A stretch of 64,000 bases of DNA from Amphiscolops sp. MND2022 (Eukaryota), in assembly GCA_964187785.1 (NCBI GenBank), contig OZ076409.1:34844001-34908000 (forward strand). Reading direction: 5' to 3'. Made by a program: the position numbers and the translations under genes. Positions 60,781 to 64,000 of this stretch are shown here, piece by piece. The notes below the pieces were generated by a model, which saw nothing but the letters and a program-made list of their open reading frames with translations, did not search any database and was not told the DNA's origin. Positions within the stretch are counted from its first letter, which is position 1; each line of letters opens with the position of its first letter.

Positions 60781-63476
60781 GGATCTCTTGAACTACGAGT
60801 ATCACCGTACTCAAAAATATCACCGGAACTGCAGAACAATTTTCGTACGGTGATGCTCGTAGTTCAAGAGATGCTCGTTCCAATGTTGGTTTTTAACAGG
60901 TCATGCTGCACCGCTATTTACTATACTGTTTCATTTTATTTTAACATATTTAAAAGGCTTTCGGTTTTCTAAGCTTTTCCCTCACGAGGTGGTAGCATTC
61001 GAATCTTCAAACTGATTGCTCATTATTTCGTTCAAATTGATAATATTCTCGAAACAACCACCAACTACAATTGGCTTTGCTAGCCTTCGTTAGGATGAAA
61101 GCTGAAGAAGAAACTAAAACTTGTCTGCGTATGATCTGTGAAAACGTCCACACACTATTGAGAATTTTCGTAGCCTAATAATTAGTAGGCTTATAACATT
61201 TGATTTGGTACCAATGGTACAACAACAATTCTTCACAAACGCTGACTTTTCTGGTTGGGTCATTTACCTCAGTGTGATAGAGGTATCTAATGATCCCGAT
61301 TTCTTCATGAAATTTGAATTTCCAATTTTTCCATTTTTTCCAGTTTTTGAAGACTTTGCATTGGAAAATTAAGTGAGTGTGTAGGCTTTAAGTACTTTGC
61401 CGATATATTTTCAGCTACTTTTCTGAGCATTTTGCAAGCTTTTCATATTTAATTGGCCGTTCCTTTGAAGTCTTTATATCTTTTGGCACTGGCCACTGAA
61501 TATATCAGTCACATGTAAAAGCAGTGATGAATAAAACATTAGCAGAGTTGAACTATTTTAGAATGCATGAAATGGCCTGTTCCGCAAACTTCAGATGTTT
61601 TTCCATTAATCATCGCTACTTTTCTCGCTGTGGCATTCTATTGAGATGTGCAGTCAATTTTTTTTTGGTTTCAAGAAATTTTTGGTCTTCAATTTTTTAT
61701 TCAATCTCGGAAAATGCAAAACACTTCCTTAAAGTTATTTTCTAATCCTAAGCTGCTTTTTATATGCAGAAGTCTAAACATGAGGCATGATACGAAGAAA
61801 AAGCAGGGAATTTAATTCGATAAAACTTATATGGTTTATGATATACCCCAGAAAGTAAGAATGACAGATCAACCTAAAAATGAGTTGGTAAGGAGTGATT
61901 GTTAATTTCTGCTGAATCTCAAATACGCTCAAACAAATTAGGAACAAAGAAAAAGTTCCATCTAGGGAGGCAACTAAAAACAAAGGCTTGCTTCCGAATA
62001 AGGAGGCCTCAGTAACAAAGAAAGTAAAGAGCCTTGGGTGTCACCAAGGTCGTCGAAGATGGAGAGAGGGAGAATTTTGGAAAATAACGGGAGGATTTTC
62101 CATGGGTTTCCACAGAGGTCCATTCTTTTCCCAACAGCTGCAAAAACAACGAGGGTTCGAGGCTTATTCAACTTGTTTAGACTTCTAAGACCAATCTCAT
62201 AACTAGTTTGTAAACTTCATCTTTCAGCAAAGGCGGTTAGGCAGAGAGTAGGAAATTCAAGCTTCGATGAAGTGAAATTTTTCAGTCATCAAGGAAAAGG
62301 TAACTACTAGATTTCAATAAAACCAATTTCAAGTACTTGTGGTAAATTTACCCGGCTGATTCTGGTACTCATTTTGGTTTCAGTTCAACTTTGCATTAAT
62401 CTTACATTTGCTCTAATAAAAATTAGTATCTGGTTTTCTTTAATTTTTCAAAATTTAACGTTCTCGAACTTCGTGGAGTTATTCCGCAAAAAATCAGTGG
62501 AAATTCTTCGGTCTAATGATTGTGGTTACCTCATCTTCTAGTGAATAAACAAAATACAGGTGTTTCAGTAAATGTGATATTTTTCAAATCGAGATTTCAT
62601 TGTTATCAATTGTGGCATAAAGAGGATAGATGTCAAATCCTCCTAGAAATTCTCATAAGCGCCTTATTAGACTGGTACCTCAACTTAATCATTGATTACC
62701 ATCTGGCGATGATCGGTCTGGTGGAGACTACAAGTACGAAATTGACGACATATGATTTTGCATTCATCAATTCACTATTTTTGGTTGCTTTCTATTCTTT
62801 CAAACTAGACTTAGATAATTGAAATACAACATCAATCTATCAATTTTCAAAATCTGAGGTTTTCAAAATTTAACTCGAGTTAAATTCTGCTTGCGTGATG
62901 TAAGATTTTTAGTTTTCCGGTAGCTTTAACTATTTGTTGAGAATAGCTCCACTACAACTCAATTAAACCCGTAGGTACCATGCACGAGACAAGGACTGGC
63001 TGAGTATCTACATAAATTTTTATTAACTCCGAAGAAGAGACGAATCAACTTAATCGAAGGCGGTGGGGGTAAGTGTGACAAGGAAATCACGATCTTTACA
63101 ACTTTGCTATTTTCCCCTCTGTCAGGGGTTTGTCTCGCTACTCTTGGACTGTTTGAAATTATCTTTTCGCTGATGAAAAGAAGCAGGTTGAACATTAATT
63201 ACTATACATCAAATAAACAAGTCGAGTAATAGACACAAATACAATTTCATATCCACGAATAATAGAATGAATAATATGATAACATCGATAATAGCGGAGA
63301 ATATTACTGAGTAAATTAGGAGGCATATTAGGAGGCATATAACACAAGAGAACAGAATACAAGAATTTCAGCAAGGTTAAGTTTTTTGTATCCGTAAGGA
63401 TGGGGGTGATATCGAAGATATCGGAAGAATCAACTCGCCGCAAAATCTCTATCGGTCTTGGAGTGAAAACAACAAT

Positions 63477-63650
63477 CCGTGTATTATCAGCCCACTTAGG
63501 CATAAACCGTGTATTATCAGCCCACTTAGGCTTAAACCGTGTATTATCAGCCTACTTAGGCTTAAACCGTGTATTATCAGCCCACTTAGGCTCAACCGTG
63601 TATTCTCAGCCCACTTAGGCTCAACCGTGTATTCTCAGCCCACTTAGGCT
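63477..63650. repeat. Minisatellite, 6 copies of a 30/29-bp unit
   Basis: AACCGTGTATTATCAGCCCACTTAGGCTTA. Four 30-bp periods, then 29-bp variants carrying TATTCTCAG. Confidence 0.92.
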
Positions 63651-64000
63651 CTTTTACATGTAATACGATAGACCAGCAGTCCACCCTACTCCCGGGTCGA
63701 AATCCGTACTAGCGAAGAGCGGGGTATCAACAAATCAGGCAACTTCAGGTTGTTAGGCTGAAGGCACGGGCTAACCGGCCAGACGAAGTAAATCTGCAAT
63801 TTCGATAGTCCGGCGTCTGATGCGGGATGCTATCGGACGCAAAGCAGCAAACCGTTCTCTAGTTTTCAACTCACTTTGTGTGTCGCTAAAATGGCGCACA
63901 CTTCGGCCAAAGTTACTTCTTCGGCACTTTAGTCATTTAAGTATTCGTAATTTGTCATCTTTCCTTTTTGGGGGCCTGACTAAGTGTTGAGTAAGACAGT

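Noticed and set aside
58956-64000. Search for the next TRPC exon (expected F[VI].HP..Q..L)
   Set aside because: No AG-preceded phase-0 segment with this motif was found; the exon presumably lies beyond the window.

Overview
AT-rich eukaryotic (metazoan-type) genomic DNA dominated by transposable elements and other repeats, with a 200-N scaffold gap at 36910-37109. The only host gene I can support is a TRPC-like cation channel on the + strand. Four GT-AG exons (32955-33164, 34895-35025, 49405-49533, 58757-58955) splice in phase into a 223-aa N-terminal region (ankyrin, TRP_2, pre-S1 linker), and the gene runs off the right edge. Retroelements: a young non-coding LTR element (6910-11693, 752-bp LTRs differing at about 3 sites), a nearly intact 5'-truncated BEL/Pao element (about 20280-25045), an old BEL gag remnant, a decayed Ty3/Gypsy element (52894-58380, - strand) and a 3' LINE fragment. 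Other repeats: foldback/MITE-like elements, several tandem arrays and Helitron-like elements ending CTTG|T. The most unusual signals are: (i) four spacer-free palindromes (90, about 790, 268 and 92 bp) in the TRPC introns; (ii) a Helitron-like family with asymmetric subterminal inverted repeats, present as a 3.16-kb copy carrying a ~180-bp satellite-like array and a 235-bp copy carrying a tRNA-Asp-like head; (iii) loss of the CxCxxC zinc motif inside a TRPC exon. All family assignments come from motif recognition by eye; no database searches were run.
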